From Alphaproteobacteria bacterium (GTDB lineage: Bacteria > Pseudomonadota > Alphaproteobacteria > UBA828): a stretch of 24,000 nt of DNA. Where the stretch lies: contig CBDCKM010000002.1 in the NCBI GenBank assembly GCA_965218275.1, forward strand, positions 1,474,501-1,498,500. The letters run 5' to 3'. Below the pieces are notes generated by a model, which searched no databases, was not told the origin of the DNA, and saw only the letters and a list, made by a program, of their open reading frames with translations. Both the position numbers and the translations under genes were made by a program. Every line of letters starts with the position of its first letter. Position 1 is the stretch's first letter. Below are positions 1 through 9,734 of the stretch, piece by piece.

Positions 1-28
1 GCTCGGCCGGCGCGGACGGGAGCGGACG

Positions 29-1417
29 ATGGCGGACTACGACCTCCTGGTGATCGGAGGCGGCTCGGGCGGCGTGGCCTGCGCCCGCCGGGCGGCGGGC
101 TATGGCGCCAGGGCCGGCGTGATCGAGAACGACCGGCTCGGCGGCACCTGCGTGCACCGCGGCTGCATCCCCAAGAAGCTGCTCGTCTATGCCGCCCACT
201 TCAGCCACGACTTCGGGGACGCGGCGGGCTATGGCTGGAGCGTCGGCGACACGTCCTTCGACTGGCCGGCGATGGTGCAGGCGAAGGTGACCGAGCTCGA
301 CCGGCTGGAGGGCATCTACCGCCGCCTCCTGCGGGATTCGGGCGCCGACCTCATCGCCGGCACCGGCCGGCTGATCGACGCCCACACGGTCGCGGTGGGG
401 AACCAGCGCTATCGCGCCGAGACCATCGTGATTGCGACCGGCGGCCGGCCCACGATGCCCGCGATCCCCGGCATCGAGCTCGCGCTGAGCTCCGACGACA
501 TGTTCGACCTGCCGGCGTTCCCTGAGCGGCTGGTGATCGTGGGCGGCGGTTACATCGCCTGCGAGTTCGCCTGCATCATGGCGGGCCTGGGGGCGCAAGT
601 GACCCAGCTCTATCGCGGCGAACTGCTGCTCAGGGGCTTCGACCGGGACCTGCGCAGCGTGCTCTGCGAGGAGGTGCGCAAGGGGGGCATCGACCTCCGG
701 CTCGACACCAACGCGGCCTCGCTCGCGCGCGCGGGCGACACCGTCGCGGTCGCGACCACCACCGGCGAGACGATCGAGGCGGACGTGGTGCTGTTCGCCA
801 CCGGGCGGCGGCCCAATGTCGCCGGCCTCGGGCTGGAGAGTGCGGGCGTCGAGACCGCCGGCAACGGCGCCGTCCGCGTCGATTCCGCCTCGCACACGGG
901 CGTCGCCGGCATCCATGCCATCGGCGACGCGACCGACCGCATCAACCTGACGCCGGTGGCGATCCACGAGGGCCGCTGCATCGCCGAGACCCTCTACAAC
1001 GACAATCCGCAAGCGCCGGACCACCGCGATGTCGCGACCGCGGTCTTCACCACGCCCGAGCTCGGCACGGTGGGGCTGACGGAGGAGGAGGCCAGAGAGG
1101 CCTTTCCCGCGGTCGATATCTACAAGACCCGCTTCCGCCCGCTCAAGCACACGCTGACCGGGCGGGACGAGACCGTCTTCATGAAGCTGATCGCGGACCG
1201 TGCCTCGGGCCGGGTGGCCGGCTGCCACATGGTGGGCGAGGGCGCGGGCGAGGCGGTGCAGTTGCTCGCCGTCGCCGTCAAGGCGGGCGCGACCAAGGCG
1301 CAGTTCGACGCGACCATGGCGGTGCACCCGACGGCGGCGGAGGAGTTCGTCACCCTCTACGAGCCGGTGCCGGAGGCCCCCGCCAGGCCCGCCGGCGCCC
1401 GGCCCGCCGGCGCGTGA
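29..1417 (+). CDS. gor: glutathione-disulfide reductase
   Basis: 462-aa ORF. It has the FAD fold [11 protein letters not shown], the redox-active disulfide motif [13 protein letters not shown] and the near-C-terminal [10 protein letters not shown] signature typical of Gor. GGGAG lies about 6 nt upstream of the ATG at 29. It carries an unusual 18-19 aa Pro/Ala tail. Confidence 0.9.
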   Translation: MADYDLLVIGGGSGGVACARRAAGYGARAGVIENDRLGGTCVHRGCIPKKLLVYAAHFSHDFGDAAGYGWSVGDTSFDWPAMVQAKVTELDRLEGIYRRLLRDSGADLIAGTGRLIDAHTVAVGNQRYRAETIVIATGGRPTMPAIPGIELALSSDDMFDLPAFPERLVIVGGGYIACEFACIMAGLGAQVTQLYRGELLLRGFDRDLRSVLCEEVRKGGIDLRLDTNAASLARAGDTVAVATTTGETIEADVVLFATGRRPNVAGLGLESAGVETAGNGAVRVDSASHTGVAGIHAIGDATDRINLTPVAIHEGRCIAETLYNDNPQAPDHRDVATAVFTTPELGTVGLTEEEAREAFPAVDIYKTRFRPLKHTLTGRDETVFMKLIADRASGRVAGCHMVGEGAGEAVQLLAVAVKAGATKAQFDATMAVHPTAAEEFVTLYEPVPEAPARPAGARPAGA

Positions 1418-1524
1418 GCCCGCGGGCGGTCGATCCCGCGCCCCGGCCGAGGAAAAGGCTGGCACGGCCGGCGCTTCGGGCGTATAGCACGGCGGTTGCG
1501 GGACGAGTTCCGCGGGAGAACCAC

Positions 1525-2907
1525 ATGCCCGGCACCTGGACCCCCGGCCGCTGGCGCGGGCTGCCGATCAGGCAGCAGCCGGCATGGCCCGACACGGCGG
1601 CGCTCGCCGATGTCGTGGAGCGCCTCGGCAATACGCCCCCGCTGGTCTTCGCCGGCGAGGCGCGCAGGCTGCGCGAGCGCCTGGCGCGGGTCTGCGAGGG
1701 CCGCGCCTTCCTCCTGCAGGGCGGCGACTGCGCCGAGAGCTTCGCGGAGTTTCACCCGGACACGGTCCGCGACACCTTTCGCGTCCTGTTGCAGATGGCG
1801 GTGGTGCTGACCTACGGCGCCAAGATGCCGGTGGTCAAGGTGGGCCGCCTCGCCGGCCAGTTCGCCAAGCCGCGCTCGTCGGACATCGAGACCGTGGGCG
1901 GCACGACGCTGCCCGCCTACCGCGGCGACATGGTCAACGGCATGGCTTTCGACGAGGCCACGCGGACGCCCGCGCCCAAGCGTATGCTCCAGGCCTACAG
2001 CCAGTCCGCCTCGACGCTCAACCTGCTGCGCGCGCTGGCCCAGGGCGGCTATGCCGGCCTCCATGCGGTACACCGCTGGAACCTCGGCTTCGTCGCCGAG
2101 AGCACGCAAGGCGCGCGCTACGAGGCGCTCGCCAGCCGGATCAGCGAGACGCTGGACTTCATGGCGGCCTGCGGCCTGACCGAGGAGACCTCGCCGCAGC
2201 TCCGCGAGACCGAGTTCTACACCTCCCACGAGGCCCTGATCCTGGACTACGAGCAGGCGCTGACCCGCATCGATTCGACCACCGGCAAGTGGTACGACTG
2301 CGCCGCGCATATGCTCTGGATCGGCGACCGCACGCGCCAGGCGAAGGGCGCCCATGTCGACTTCCTGAGCGGCGTCGGCAACCCGATCGGGCTCAAGGCC
2401 GGCCCGAGCCTCGCGCCGGACGACCTGCTCGCCCTCATCGACCGGCTCAATCCCGGCAACGAGCCCGGCCGGCTCACGGTGATCGCGCGCATGGGTCACG
2501 CGGCGGTCGAGACCGGGCTCTCCGCCCTCGTCCGCGCCGTGAAGCGGGAGGGCCGGCAGGTGGTCTGGGCCTGCGACCCGATGCACGGCAACACGATCAA
2601 GTCGTCGAACGGCTACAAGACCCGCGTCTTCGACCAGGTCCTGGCGGAGGTGCGCGGCTTCTTCGCGGTGCACCGGGCGGAGGGCACGCACCCCGGCGGC
2701 GTCCATTTCGAGATGACCGGCCAGGACGTGACCGAATGCCTCGGCGGCGCGCAGGCGATCACCGAGGAGGACCTCTCCGACCGCTACCACACCCATTGCG
2801 ATCCCCGCCTCAATGCCTCGCAAGCGCTCGAGCTCGCGTTCCTCATCGCGGAGCACATCAGGGAGGAGCGTGCGAGCGCGGCGCAGCCGCAGGCGCTGCA
2901 CGGCTAG
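1525..2907 (+). CDS. 3-deoxy-7-phosphoheptulonate (DAHP) synthase, class II
   Basis: Blocks [20 protein letters not shown] and [31 protein letters not shown] match my recollection of class II (M. tuberculosis AroG-type) DAHP synthases. The track ORF starts at 1414. The internal ATG at 1525 is preceded by GGGAGA and gives the family-typical 460 aa. Confidence 0.88.
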   Translation: MPGTWTPGRWRGLPIRQQPAWPDTAALADVVERLGNTPPLVFAGEARRLRERLARVCEGRAFLLQGGDCAESFAEFHPDTVRDTFRVLLQMAVVLTYGAKMPVVKVGRLAGQFAKPRSSDIETVGGTTLPAYRGDMVNGMAFDEATRTPAPKRMLQAYSQSASTLNLLRALAQGGYAGLHAVHRWNLGFVAESTQGARYEALASRISETLDFMAACGLTEETSPQLRETEFYTSHEALILDYEQALTRIDSTTGKWYDCAAHMLWIGDRTRQAKGAHVDFLSGVGNPIGLKAGPSLAPDDLLALIDRLNPGNEPGRLTVIARMGHAAVETGLSALVRAVKREGRQVVWACDPMHGNTIKSSNGYKTRVFDQVLAEVRGFFAVHRAEGTHPGGVHFEMTGQDVTECLGGAQAITEEDLSDRYHTHCDPRLNASQALELAFLIAEHIREERASAAQPQALHG

Positions 2908-2941
2908 CCGAGCCCGGCCCGGATCACAGGTCCCGATCCCG

Positions 2942-4099
2942 ATGTCCTCTCACCCCGGCCCCCGCGATCGGGACGTCGCCCGCTACACCGACCACTACTT
3001 CACGCGCACACGCAAGGCGATCGCCCGTTTCGGCGACGCGCGCGTCACCTATGCGCTGTTTCTGCGGCGGCCGGTCTGTTTCGCGCCCCGCCTGATGACC
3101 GACTGGCTGGAGGCGGTCGCGGCGGAGCGGGACACCGAATTCACCATCGACTGCCAGTTCGAGGAAGGCGCGTGGGTCGGTGCCGGCGAGCCGCTGGTCT
3201 ATCTCTCCGGCTCCTTCCGCCATCTGGTCGATCTGGAGACGCTCTACCTGCAGCGGCTGGGCGCCGCCTGCGTCGCCGCCTACAACGCCTACGCCATGTC
3301 GCGCAGCCTGCCCGGGGTCGCCTTCCTGGCGATGGACGCGCGCCACTGCGCCGGCGTCGAAATGGCCGAGATGATGGCCTATGCCGCGAGCGTCGGCTCG
3401 AAGGCGGCGCAGCGGGAGGCCGGTGCCGTCGGCTTCATCGGCAACGCGACCGACGCGACCGCCCACTATTTCGGCAACCGGCGCGGCTACGGCACGATGC
3501 CGCACGCCTTCATCGGCTATGCCGGCTCCACCGTCCGCGCGGCGGAGATGTATCACGAGGTCTTCGCGGGCGAGCCGATGACCGTGCTGGTCGACTATTA
3601 CGGCCGCGAAATCACCGATTCGCTCGCCGTCTGCGCACGCTTCCCCGAGCTTGCCGCGCGCGGCGAGCTGAGCATCCGCCTCGATACCCACGGCAGCCGC
3701 TACGTCGAAGGGCTGGACATGGCCAGGTCCTACGCCGTGCTGGAGCGCTGCAGCCCGAACGCGGTGCGCGAATACCGCACCGAGCAGGAGCTGCGCTGGC
3801 TCAACGGCACCGGCGTCAGCGCGGCGTCGCTCTTCCACCTGCGGGCCGCCCTCGACGATGCCGGCTTCGGCAAGGTGAAGATCGTCGCGAGCTCCGGCTT
3901 CGACCCGGCCAAGTGCAGGGTCATGGCCAGCGTGGACGCGCCGATCGACGTGATCGGCACGGGCTCCTTCCTGCCCGAGAACTGGTCCGAGACCTTCGCG
4001 ACCGCCGATATCGTCGATTACGACGGCACCGCGCGGGTCAAGCTCGGCCGCGAGTTCCTGCTGCGCAATGGCGAAGGCGAAGCGCTCCGCTCGCGATAG
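2942..4099 (+). CDS. nicotinate phosphoribosyltransferase, short (about 385 aa) type II PRTase-like form
   Basis: The N-terminus (YTDHYFTRTRKAI) and overall length resemble the short NAPRTase family. It lies directly upstream of nadE. The start is trimmed from 2813 to the ATG at 2942 because the upstream part of the ORF is Arg/Ser-rich junk overlapping the DAHP synthase 3' end. Confidence 0.65.
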   Translation: MSSHPGPRDRDVARYTDHYFTRTRKAIARFGDARVTYALFLRRPVCFAPRLMTDWLEAVAAERDTEFTIDCQFEEGAWVGAGEPLVYLSGSFRHLVDLETLYLQRLGAACVAAYNAYAMSRSLPGVAFLAMDARHCAGVEMAEMMAYAASVGSKAAQREAGAVGFIGNATDATAHYFGNRRGYGTMPHAFIGYAGSTVRAAEMYHEVFAGEPMTVLVDYYGREITDSLAVCARFPELAARGELSIRLDTHGSRYVEGLDMARSYAVLERCSPNAVREYRTEQELRWLNGTGVSAASLFHLRAALDDAGFGKVKIVASSGFDPAKCRVMASVDAPIDVIGTGSFLPENWSETFATADIVDYDGTARVKLGREFLLRNGEGEALRSR

Positions 4100-4187
4100 G
4101 GTGCGTCGGGCGGGGCCGCGCGCGCCGGGCAGGGGGCGATAGAAGGGGCCGGCAGCCGCCGGCTTCTCCGTGTATAACCGACCGGCC

Positions 4188-5849
4188 ATGACCGACACGC
4201 TCGCCATCGCGCTCGCCCAGCTCAACCCCACGGTGGGCGACCTGGAGGGCAACAAGGCGCTGATCCTCGGCGCCCGCGGCCGAGCCGCGGACCGGGGCGC
4301 GGACCTCGTGGTCTGCACCGAGCTCGTGGTGACCGGCTATCCGCCCGAGGATCTCGTGCTGAAGCCGATGTTCCAGGAGGAGACCCGCGCGGTCGTGGAA
4401 GCGCTCGCGGCGGCGACCGGGGACGGCGGCCCGGCGCTCCTCGTCGGCGCCCCCTGGGTCGAGGACGGCAGGCTCTACAACGCCGTGCTCCTGCTGGAGG
4501 GCGGCGCGGTCGCGGCGCGGCGCTACAAGTACGAGCTCCCCAACTACGGAGTCTTCGACGAGGTGCGCGTCTTCGCCCGCGCCGGCCTGCCGGGGCCGAT
4601 CCCGTTCCGCGGTGTCCGCCTCGGCGTCATGGTGTGCGAGGACATGTGGTTCCCCGAGGTGCCCGAGTGCCTCGCCGAATCGGGCGCCGAGATCATGATC
4701 GCGATCAACGGCTCGCCCTTCGAGAGCGACAAGGGGGACGCCCGCCTCAACCGAGCCGTCGCGCTCGTCAGTGAGACCGGCCTGCCGCTGATCTACGCGA
4801 ACCAGGTGGGCGGGCAGGACGAGCTCGTCTTCGACGGCGCCTCCTTCGTGCTCGGCGCCGACCATGGCCTCTGCGCCCAGGCGCCCGCCTTCGGGGAGGC
4901 GCTCTTGCTCACCCGTTGGTCGCGCGAGGGCGATGGCTGGCACTGTGAGCCCGGCCTTCGCGCCGCGCTGCCGGAGGGTATGGCCGCCAGCTATCGCGGC
5001 ATGACCATGGCCCTCACCGACTATGTGGGCAAGAACGGCTTCCCCGGCGTGCTGATCGGGCTTTCCGGCGGCGTCGATTCGGCGCTCACGGCCGCCGTCG
5101 CCGTCGATGCGCTGGGCGCTGAGCGCGTCCTCTGCGTCGTCATGCCGTCCCGCTACACGGCGCAGTCCTCCCTCGACGACGCGGCGGAATGCGCGCGCCT
5201 GCTCGGCGTCCGCTGCGAGACGGTGGCCATCGAGCCGGCGGTGGATGCGCTCGGCGCGATGCTGGCGCCGCTCTTCGCCGGCCGCGCGGCGGACGCGACC
5301 GAGGAGAACATCCAGGCGCGGGTGCGCGGCGTCATCCTCATGGCGATCAGCAACAAGCTCGGCCACATGGTGCTCACCACCGGCAACAAGTCGGAGATGT
5401 CGGTGGGCTACGCCACGCTCTACGGCGACATGTGCGGCGGCTATTCGGTGTTGAAGGACGTCTACAAGAGCGCCGTGTTCGCGCTGGCGCGCTGGCGCAA
5501 CGAGAGCCGGAGCCGCGGCCTCAAGGGGCCGGAGGGGCGGGTGATCCCGGAGGCGATCATCGCCAAGCCGCCGAGCGCGGAGCTCCGCCCCGACCAGACG
5601 GATCAGGACACGCTGCCTCCCTACGCGGTGCTCGACGACGTGCTGAACGGGCTGGTGGAGGAGGAGCGCTCCACCGCGGAGCTCGTCGCCCGCGGCCACC
5701 CGGCGGAGACCGTGGAGCGCATCTGGCGGATGCTCGACGTCGCCGAGTACAAGCGGCGCCAGGCGCCGCCGGGCATCAAGCTCACGCTGCGCTCCTTCGG
5801 CAAGGACCGCCGCTACCCCATCACCAACCGCTACCGCGGGGCCGGCTGA
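4188..5849 (+). CDS. nadE: glutamine-dependent NAD+ synthetase (N-terminal CN-hydrolase domain plus NAD synthetase domain)
   Basis: The N-terminal nitrilase-like domain shows ALAQLNPTVGDLEGN and a MVCEDMWFPE catalytic Cys context. The C-terminal domain has the ATP pyrophosphatase SGGxDS motif (GLSGGVDSAL). The ATG at 4188 is preferred over 4170. Confidence 0.9.
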   Translation: MTDTLAIALAQLNPTVGDLEGNKALILGARGRAADRGADLVVCTELVVTGYPPEDLVLKPMFQEETRAVVEALAAATGDGGPALLVGAPWVEDGRLYNAVLLLEGGAVAARRYKYELPNYGVFDEVRVFARAGLPGPIPFRGVRLGVMVCEDMWFPEVPECLAESGAEIMIAINGSPFESDKGDARLNRAVALVSETGLPLIYANQVGGQDELVFDGASFVLGADHGLCAQAPAFGEALLLTRWSREGDGWHCEPGLRAALPEGMAASYRGMTMALTDYVGKNGFPGVLIGLSGGVDSALTAAVAVDALGAERVLCVVMPSRYTAQSSLDDAAECARLLGVRCETVAIEPAVDALGAMLAPLFAGRAADATEENIQARVRGVILMAISNKLGHMVLTTGNKSEMSVGYATLYGDMCGGYSVLKDVYKSAVFALARWRNESRSRGLKGPEGRVIPEAIIAKPPSAELRPDQTDQDTLPPYAVLDDVLNGLVEEERSTAELVARGHPAETVERIWRMLDVAEYKRRQAPPGIKLTLRSFGKDRRYPITNRYRGAG

Positions 5850-5852
5850 GCG

Positions 5853-7235
5853 ATGACGCTCACCCTCCACAACACGCTCACCCGGCGCCGCACGCCGCTG
5901 CAGCCGGTGCGGCCCGGCCATGTCGGCATGTATGTCTGCGGCCCCACGGTCTACGACCTCGCCCATGTCGGCAACGCCCGGCCCATCGTCGTGTTCGACG
6001 TGCTCTACCGGGTGCTGAAGCGGCGCTATCGGTCGGTGACCTACGTCAGGAACATCACCGACATCGACGACAAGATCAACGCGGCCGCCAGCGAACGCGG
6101 CGAGCCGATCGAGGCGATCACCGCGCGGACGACGCAGGCCTTCCACGAGGACATCGCCGCGCTCGGTGCGCTGCCCCCCGATGCCGAGCCGCGGGCGACG
6201 GCGTATGTGCCCGAGATGATCGCGCTCATCGAGGCGCTGATCGCCGCTGGCAACGCCTACGAGGCCGAGGGCCACGTGCTCTTCCACGTGCCGTCGGCGC
6301 CGCGCTACGGGGCGCTCTCCGGCCGCAACCGCGACGAGATGATCGCAGGCGCGCGCGTCGAGGTCGCCCCCTACAAGCGCGACCCCGCGGACTTCGTGCT
6401 GTGGAAGCCGAGCGACGCGACCCTGCCGGGCTGGGAGAGCCCCTGGGGCCGGGGGCGGCCCGGCTGGCATGTCGAGTGCTCCGCCATGAGCCGCGCCTAC
6501 CTCGGCGAGACCGTGGACATCCACGGCGGCGGCATCGACCTGGTCTTCCCCCACCACGAGAACGAGATCGCCCAGAGCGAATGCGCCTGCCCCGGCGCGC
6601 CCTTCGCCCGCCACTGGGTGCACAACGGCGTGCTTACCGTGGAGGGCGAGAAGATGTCGAAGTCGCTCGGCAATATCGTCACGATCCGCGAGGCCCTCGC
6701 CGAGACGCCGGGCGAGGTCGTCCGGATGGTCCTGCTGAGCACGCACTATCGCCATCCGATGGACTGGAGCGCCGACGGGCTCGCCCAGGCGCGCGCCAAC
6801 CTGGACCGCCTCTACACCGCGCTGCGCAGCGCGGGCGAGGCGGCAGGGACGCTGGACGACAGCGTCGATCCCGAAGTCGAGGCTGCGCTCTGCGACGATC
6901 TCAACACGCCCAAGGCGCTGGCGGCACTCCATCGCCTTGCGCGCGAAGTCAACACAGCCGACGACGAGTCGGCACAGGCGCGGTCGGCGGCCGCGCTACG
7001 CGGCTCCGGCGCCCTGCTCGGGCTGCTGCAGGCCGACCCCGAGGACTGGTTCCGCGGCGCAGGCGAGGCTGGCGGCCTGAGCGCCGCCGAGATCGACGCC
7101 CTGATCGCGGCGCGCACCGCGGCGCGGGCCGCGCGCGACTTCGCCGAGGCCGACCGCATCCGCGATGAGATGGCGGCGGACGGCATCATCCTCGAAGACA
7201 AGGCTGAGGGCACGCAGTGGCGCCGCGCGCGATGA
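5853..7235 (+). CDS. cysS: cysteine--tRNA ligase
   Basis: 460 aa class I aaRS with a HIGH-region variant (CGPTVYDLAHVGNARP), the KMSKS motif (EKMSKSLGN) and WHVECSAM. The start lies 3 nt after the nadE stop. Confidence 0.95.
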   Translation: MTLTLHNTLTRRRTPLQPVRPGHVGMYVCGPTVYDLAHVGNARPIVVFDVLYRVLKRRYRSVTYVRNITDIDDKINAAASERGEPIEAITARTTQAFHEDIAALGALPPDAEPRATAYVPEMIALIEALIAAGNAYEAEGHVLFHVPSAPRYGALSGRNRDEMIAGARVEVAPYKRDPADFVLWKPSDATLPGWESPWGRGRPGWHVECSAMSRAYLGETVDIHGGGIDLVFPHHENEIAQSECACPGAPFARHWVHNGVLTVEGEKMSKSLGNIVTIREALAETPGEVVRMVLLSTHYRHPMDWSADGLAQARANLDRLYTALRSAGEAAGTLDDSVDPEVEAALCDDLNTPKALAALHRLAREVNTADDESAQARSAAALRGSGALLGLLQADPEDWFRGAGEAGGLSAAEIDALIAARTAARAARDFAEADRIRDEMAADGIILEDKAEGTQWRRAR

Positions 7236-7273
7236 GCGGCCGCGGCCCCGCGTCAGCCTTCGCGGGCTGACCC

Positions 7274-8077
7274 GTGGCGGAGACCGAGCGACTGAAGAGC
7301 CGCGCGGCGGCCCATGTCGACGCGGCGGCGCCGGTGGTCATCCTCGTGCGCCCCCAGCTCGGCGAGAATATCGGCGCGGCCGCCCGCGCCATGCTGAATT
7401 GCGGCCTCTCCGATCTGCGCCTGGTCCAGCCCCGCGACGGCTGGCCCAACGTGAAGGCGCTGGGCGCGGCCTCCGGCGCCGACGCCGTGCTGAGCCGGGT
7501 ACGCCTTTGCGCGAGCGTGGCGGAGGCCGTGGCCGACCTCACCCTGGTCCATGCCACCACGGCGCGACCCAGGGAGATGATGAAGCCCGTGCTGGCGCCG
7601 CGCGCAGGCGTCGCGGCCATGCGCGGGGGCGCGCGGCAGGGCGCCCGCCTCGGCCTCCTCTTCGGGCCGGAAAAGGCCGGCCTCAGGAACGAGGAGCTGG
7701 TGCTGGCCGACGCGATCGTGCAGATCCCGCTCAACCCCGCCTTCGCCTCGCTCAACCTGGCGCAGGCGGTGCTGGTCATGGCCTATGAATGGCACGTCTC
7801 GGGCGCCGCGCCGGAGGAGCCCCCACCGCCCGAGCCGACGGGAAGCGCGCAGCCCGCCACCAAGGACGAGATCGTGCGCTTCTTCGAGCATCTGGAGGGT
7901 GCGCTCGACGAGCGCGGCTTCTTCCCCACGCCGCAGATGCGGCCCCGGATGGTGCGCAACATGCGCACCATGTTCGAGCGCATCTCGCTCACCCACCAGG
8001 ACGTGCAGACGCTGCGGGGCGTCGTGCGCGCGCTGACCGGGCCGCGCCGGGGGCCGCCGCCGCGCGCGACGAATTGA
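7274..8077 (+). CDS. trmJ: SpoU/TrmH-family RNA 2'-O-methyltransferase, TrmJ-like
   Basis: GTG start. Blocks VILVRPQLGENIGAAARAM, LLFGPEKAGLRNEEL and SLNLAQAVLVMAYEW parallel E. coli TrmJ blocks as I recall them. Confidence 0.75.
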   Translation: MAETERLKSRAAAHVDAAAPVVILVRPQLGENIGAAARAMLNCGLSDLRLVQPRDGWPNVKALGAASGADAVLSRVRLCASVAEAVADLTLVHATTARPREMMKPVLAPRAGVAAMRGGARQGARLGLLFGPEKAGLRNEELVLADAIVQIPLNPAFASLNLAQAVLVMAYEWHVSGAAPEEPPPPEPTGSAQPATKDEIVRFFEHLEGALDERGFFPTPQMRPRMVRNMRTMFERISLTHQDVQTLRGVVRALTGPRRGPPPRATN

Positions 8078-8101
8078 CTCTGCAACGCCCGCGGCTATAG
8101 T
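8074..8101 (+). promoter_or_regulatory. candidate sigma70-type promoter for rpsD (TTGACT-N16-TATAGT)
   Basis: TTGACT at 8074-8079 and TATAGT at 8096-8101 with a 16-nt spacer, about 58 nt upstream of the rpsD ATG. The -35 element overlaps the trmJ stop codon. Sequence match only. Confidence 0.45.
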
Positions 8102-8158
8102 GCGCCCGGCGCTGCCCCGCTGGGCGGCAGCGCGCGTCCTCCCACCGGCACGGGCACG

Positions 8159-8773
8159 ATGAGCAAGCGACAGACGTCGAAGTACAAGATTTGCCGACGG
8201 CTCGGGGTCAATCTCTGGGGCCGGCCCAAGAGCCCGACCAACCGGCGCGACTACGGGCCGGGGCAGCACGGCCAGCGGCGGCGCAAGCCGTCCGACTTCG
8301 GCGTGCAGCTCTCGGCCAAGCAGCGCCTGCGCGGCTACTACGGCAACATCACCGAGAAGCAGTTCCGCCGCTATTACAAGACCGCCGGCGACCGCAAGGG
8401 CGACACCGGCGAAAACCTGATCGGGCTGCTGGAACGGCGCCTGGATGCGGCCGTCTACCGCATGAAGTTCGTGCCGACCGTGTTCGCGGCGCGGCAGTTC
8501 GTGAACCACGGCCACATCCTGGTCAACGGCCGCCGGGTGACGATCCCGAGCTATCTGGTGAAGGACGAGGACCGGATCGAGGTGAAGGAGCGCTCGCGGC
8601 AGCTGCCACTGGTGCTGGAGGCGATCGATTCGCCGGAACGCGACGTGCCCGACTATCTGGAGGTCGACCACGACCGCATGGAGGGCCGCTTCATCCGCGC
8701 GCCGAAGCTCGTCGACGTGCCCTACCCGGTGCAGATGGAGCCCAATCTCGTCATCGAGTTCTACTCGCGCTGA
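8159..8773 (+). CDS. rpsD: 30S ribosomal protein S4
   Basis: 204 aa. The N-terminus [16 protein letters not shown]..., the S4 domain [31 protein letters not shown] and the C-terminal LVIEFYSR are all recognisable. Confidence 0.95.
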   Translation: MSKRQTSKYKICRRLGVNLWGRPKSPTNRRDYGPGQHGQRRRKPSDFGVQLSAKQRLRGYYGNITEKQFRRYYKTAGDRKGDTGENLIGLLERRLDAAVYRMKFVPTVFAARQFVNHGHILVNGRRVTIPSYLVKDEDRIEVKERSRQLPLVLEAIDSPERDVPDYLEVDHDRMEGRFIRAPKLVDVPYPVQMEPNLVIEFYSR

Positions 8774-8856
8774 GGCCTCTTTCCCGCGCCGATTGACAGG
8801 GCGCCCCATCCCGGCTTTTGTTCGCCTTCGGAAACCGCGGGCGAGGGAGGAACAAG

Positions 8857-9441
8857 ATGGGCGGGATGGCGGTTGAGCATCACCTGCTGAAGGAAGCCGG
8901 CACGAGCCCCAACAACGGGGCGCTGCCGCTCATCGTCTACCGGGGCGCCATGGATGTCGGCGGCGACGAGCCGGAGGCCGCCGTCGAGCGCACCTTCGAC
9001 AGCAACGGCTGGGGCGACGGCTTTCGCGGCGACACCTTTCCCTTTCACCACTACCACTCGATCGCCCACGAGGTGGTCGGCTGCGCGCGCGGCGCGGCGC
9101 GGCTCCAGTTCGGCGGGCCGGAGGGGCCGGTGATCGACGTGCGGGCCGGCGACGCCGTGCTGATCCCGGCGGGCGTGGTGCATTGCCGGCTCGACGACAC
9201 ACCGGGCTATGTCAACGTCGGCGCCTACCCGCCGGGGCAGCAGCCGGACCTCTGCGTGCTCACGGGGGAAGACGCGGCGGTCTCCGACGCCAGGGACGAT
9301 ACCGAGGGCCTGGAACTCAAGGTGGTCGGCGCGGCGGAGCTGCCCGCGATCAGGGCGACCATCGCCGGCGTTCCGCTACCGGCGGCCGATCCGCTCGCAG
9401 GCGCAAGCGGCCCGGTGGCGACGCTCTGGCTGGAGCGCTGA
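8857..9441 (+). CDS. cupin domain-containing protein (YjlB-like, function unknown)
   Basis: Cupin metal-site-like segments are FHHYHSIAHEV and GDAVLIPAGVVH. The ATG at 8857 has GGAGG 6 nt upstream and is preferred over the track start at 8818. Confidence 0.65.
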   Translation: MGGMAVEHHLLKEAGTSPNNGALPLIVYRGAMDVGGDEPEAAVERTFDSNGWGDGFRGDTFPFHHYHSIAHEVVGCARGAARLQFGGPEGPVIDVRAGDAVLIPAGVVHCRLDDTPGYVNVGAYPPGQQPDLCVLTGEDAAVSDARDDTEGLELKVVGAAELPAIRATIAGVPLPAADPLAGASGPVATLWLER

Positions 9442-9472
9442 GCGCCTGAGGCCGCCGCCGCCGCTTCGGTCG

Positions 9473-9700
9473 CTACTGCCAGTCCTCGACCGCGAGGGAG
9501 GGGACACGGCGGAATTCGCCGACATTGTTGGTGACGAGCGTCACGTCAAGAGCCCTTGCGTGCGCCGCGATCAGCAGGTCGCCATGTCAAAGCAGGTCTT
9601 CCGGCTCCGTCGGCGGGTCGTCGATTGCCGGAAAATCCTCTTCGAGGGGAGCCAGGCCCGACAGCACCTCCGCCAGTGATGGCGCGCGCTCGACCTGTCG
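9473..9700 (-). pseudogene. decayed vapBC toxin-antitoxin remnant (antitoxin C-terminus plus last 37 codons of a PIN-domain toxin)
   Basis: My minus-strand translation reads ...RAPSLAEVLSGLAPLEEDFPAIDDPPTEPEDLL*, then HGDLLIAAHARALDVTLVTNNVGEFRRVPSLAVEDWQ*. The second peptide is a textbook VapC/PIN C-terminus with no start codon and no N-terminal 90-100 aa. The first resembles the C-terminal tail of AbrB-type VapB antitoxins and lacks the DNA-binding N-terminus. Confidence 0.55.
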
Positions 9701-9734
9701 ACCATGCCGGCCGGGTGTGCGCGTGTCCTGCGGT

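Noticed and set aside
1460-1488. TGGCACG-N6-GC (sigma54-like -24/-12) upstream of the DAHP synthase gene.
   Set aside because: The -12 region reads GCGCT where the consensus is TTGCW. TGGCAC-like strings are not rare at this GC content, and there is no enhancer-binding protein context. An overlapping weak sigma70-like CTGGCA-N18-TATAGC is equally plausible. Neither is reported as a feature.
4038-6932. 964-aa minus-strand ORF antisense to nadE and cysS. The same class includes 1357..2901(-), 1584..3095(+), 2924..4318(-), 5189..7168(+), 7253..8809(-), 10798..13044(-), 11103..13190(+), 14591..16198(+), 17634..20654(-), 17990..20050(+) and 21001..22239(-).
   Set aside because: Their composition is dominated by Arg/Ala/Gly/Pro/His and shows no recognisable motifs. 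Each overlaps, antisense or off-frame, a gene with clear family signatures. Long stop-free alternative frames are expected at about 70% GC.
7250-7271. Hairpin GTCAGCC-TTCGCG-GGCTGAC between cysS and trmJ, considered as a terminator.
   Set aside because: No U-run follows it, and it ends 2 nt before the trmJ GTG start. It is more likely a neutral GC hairpin or a minor translational element.
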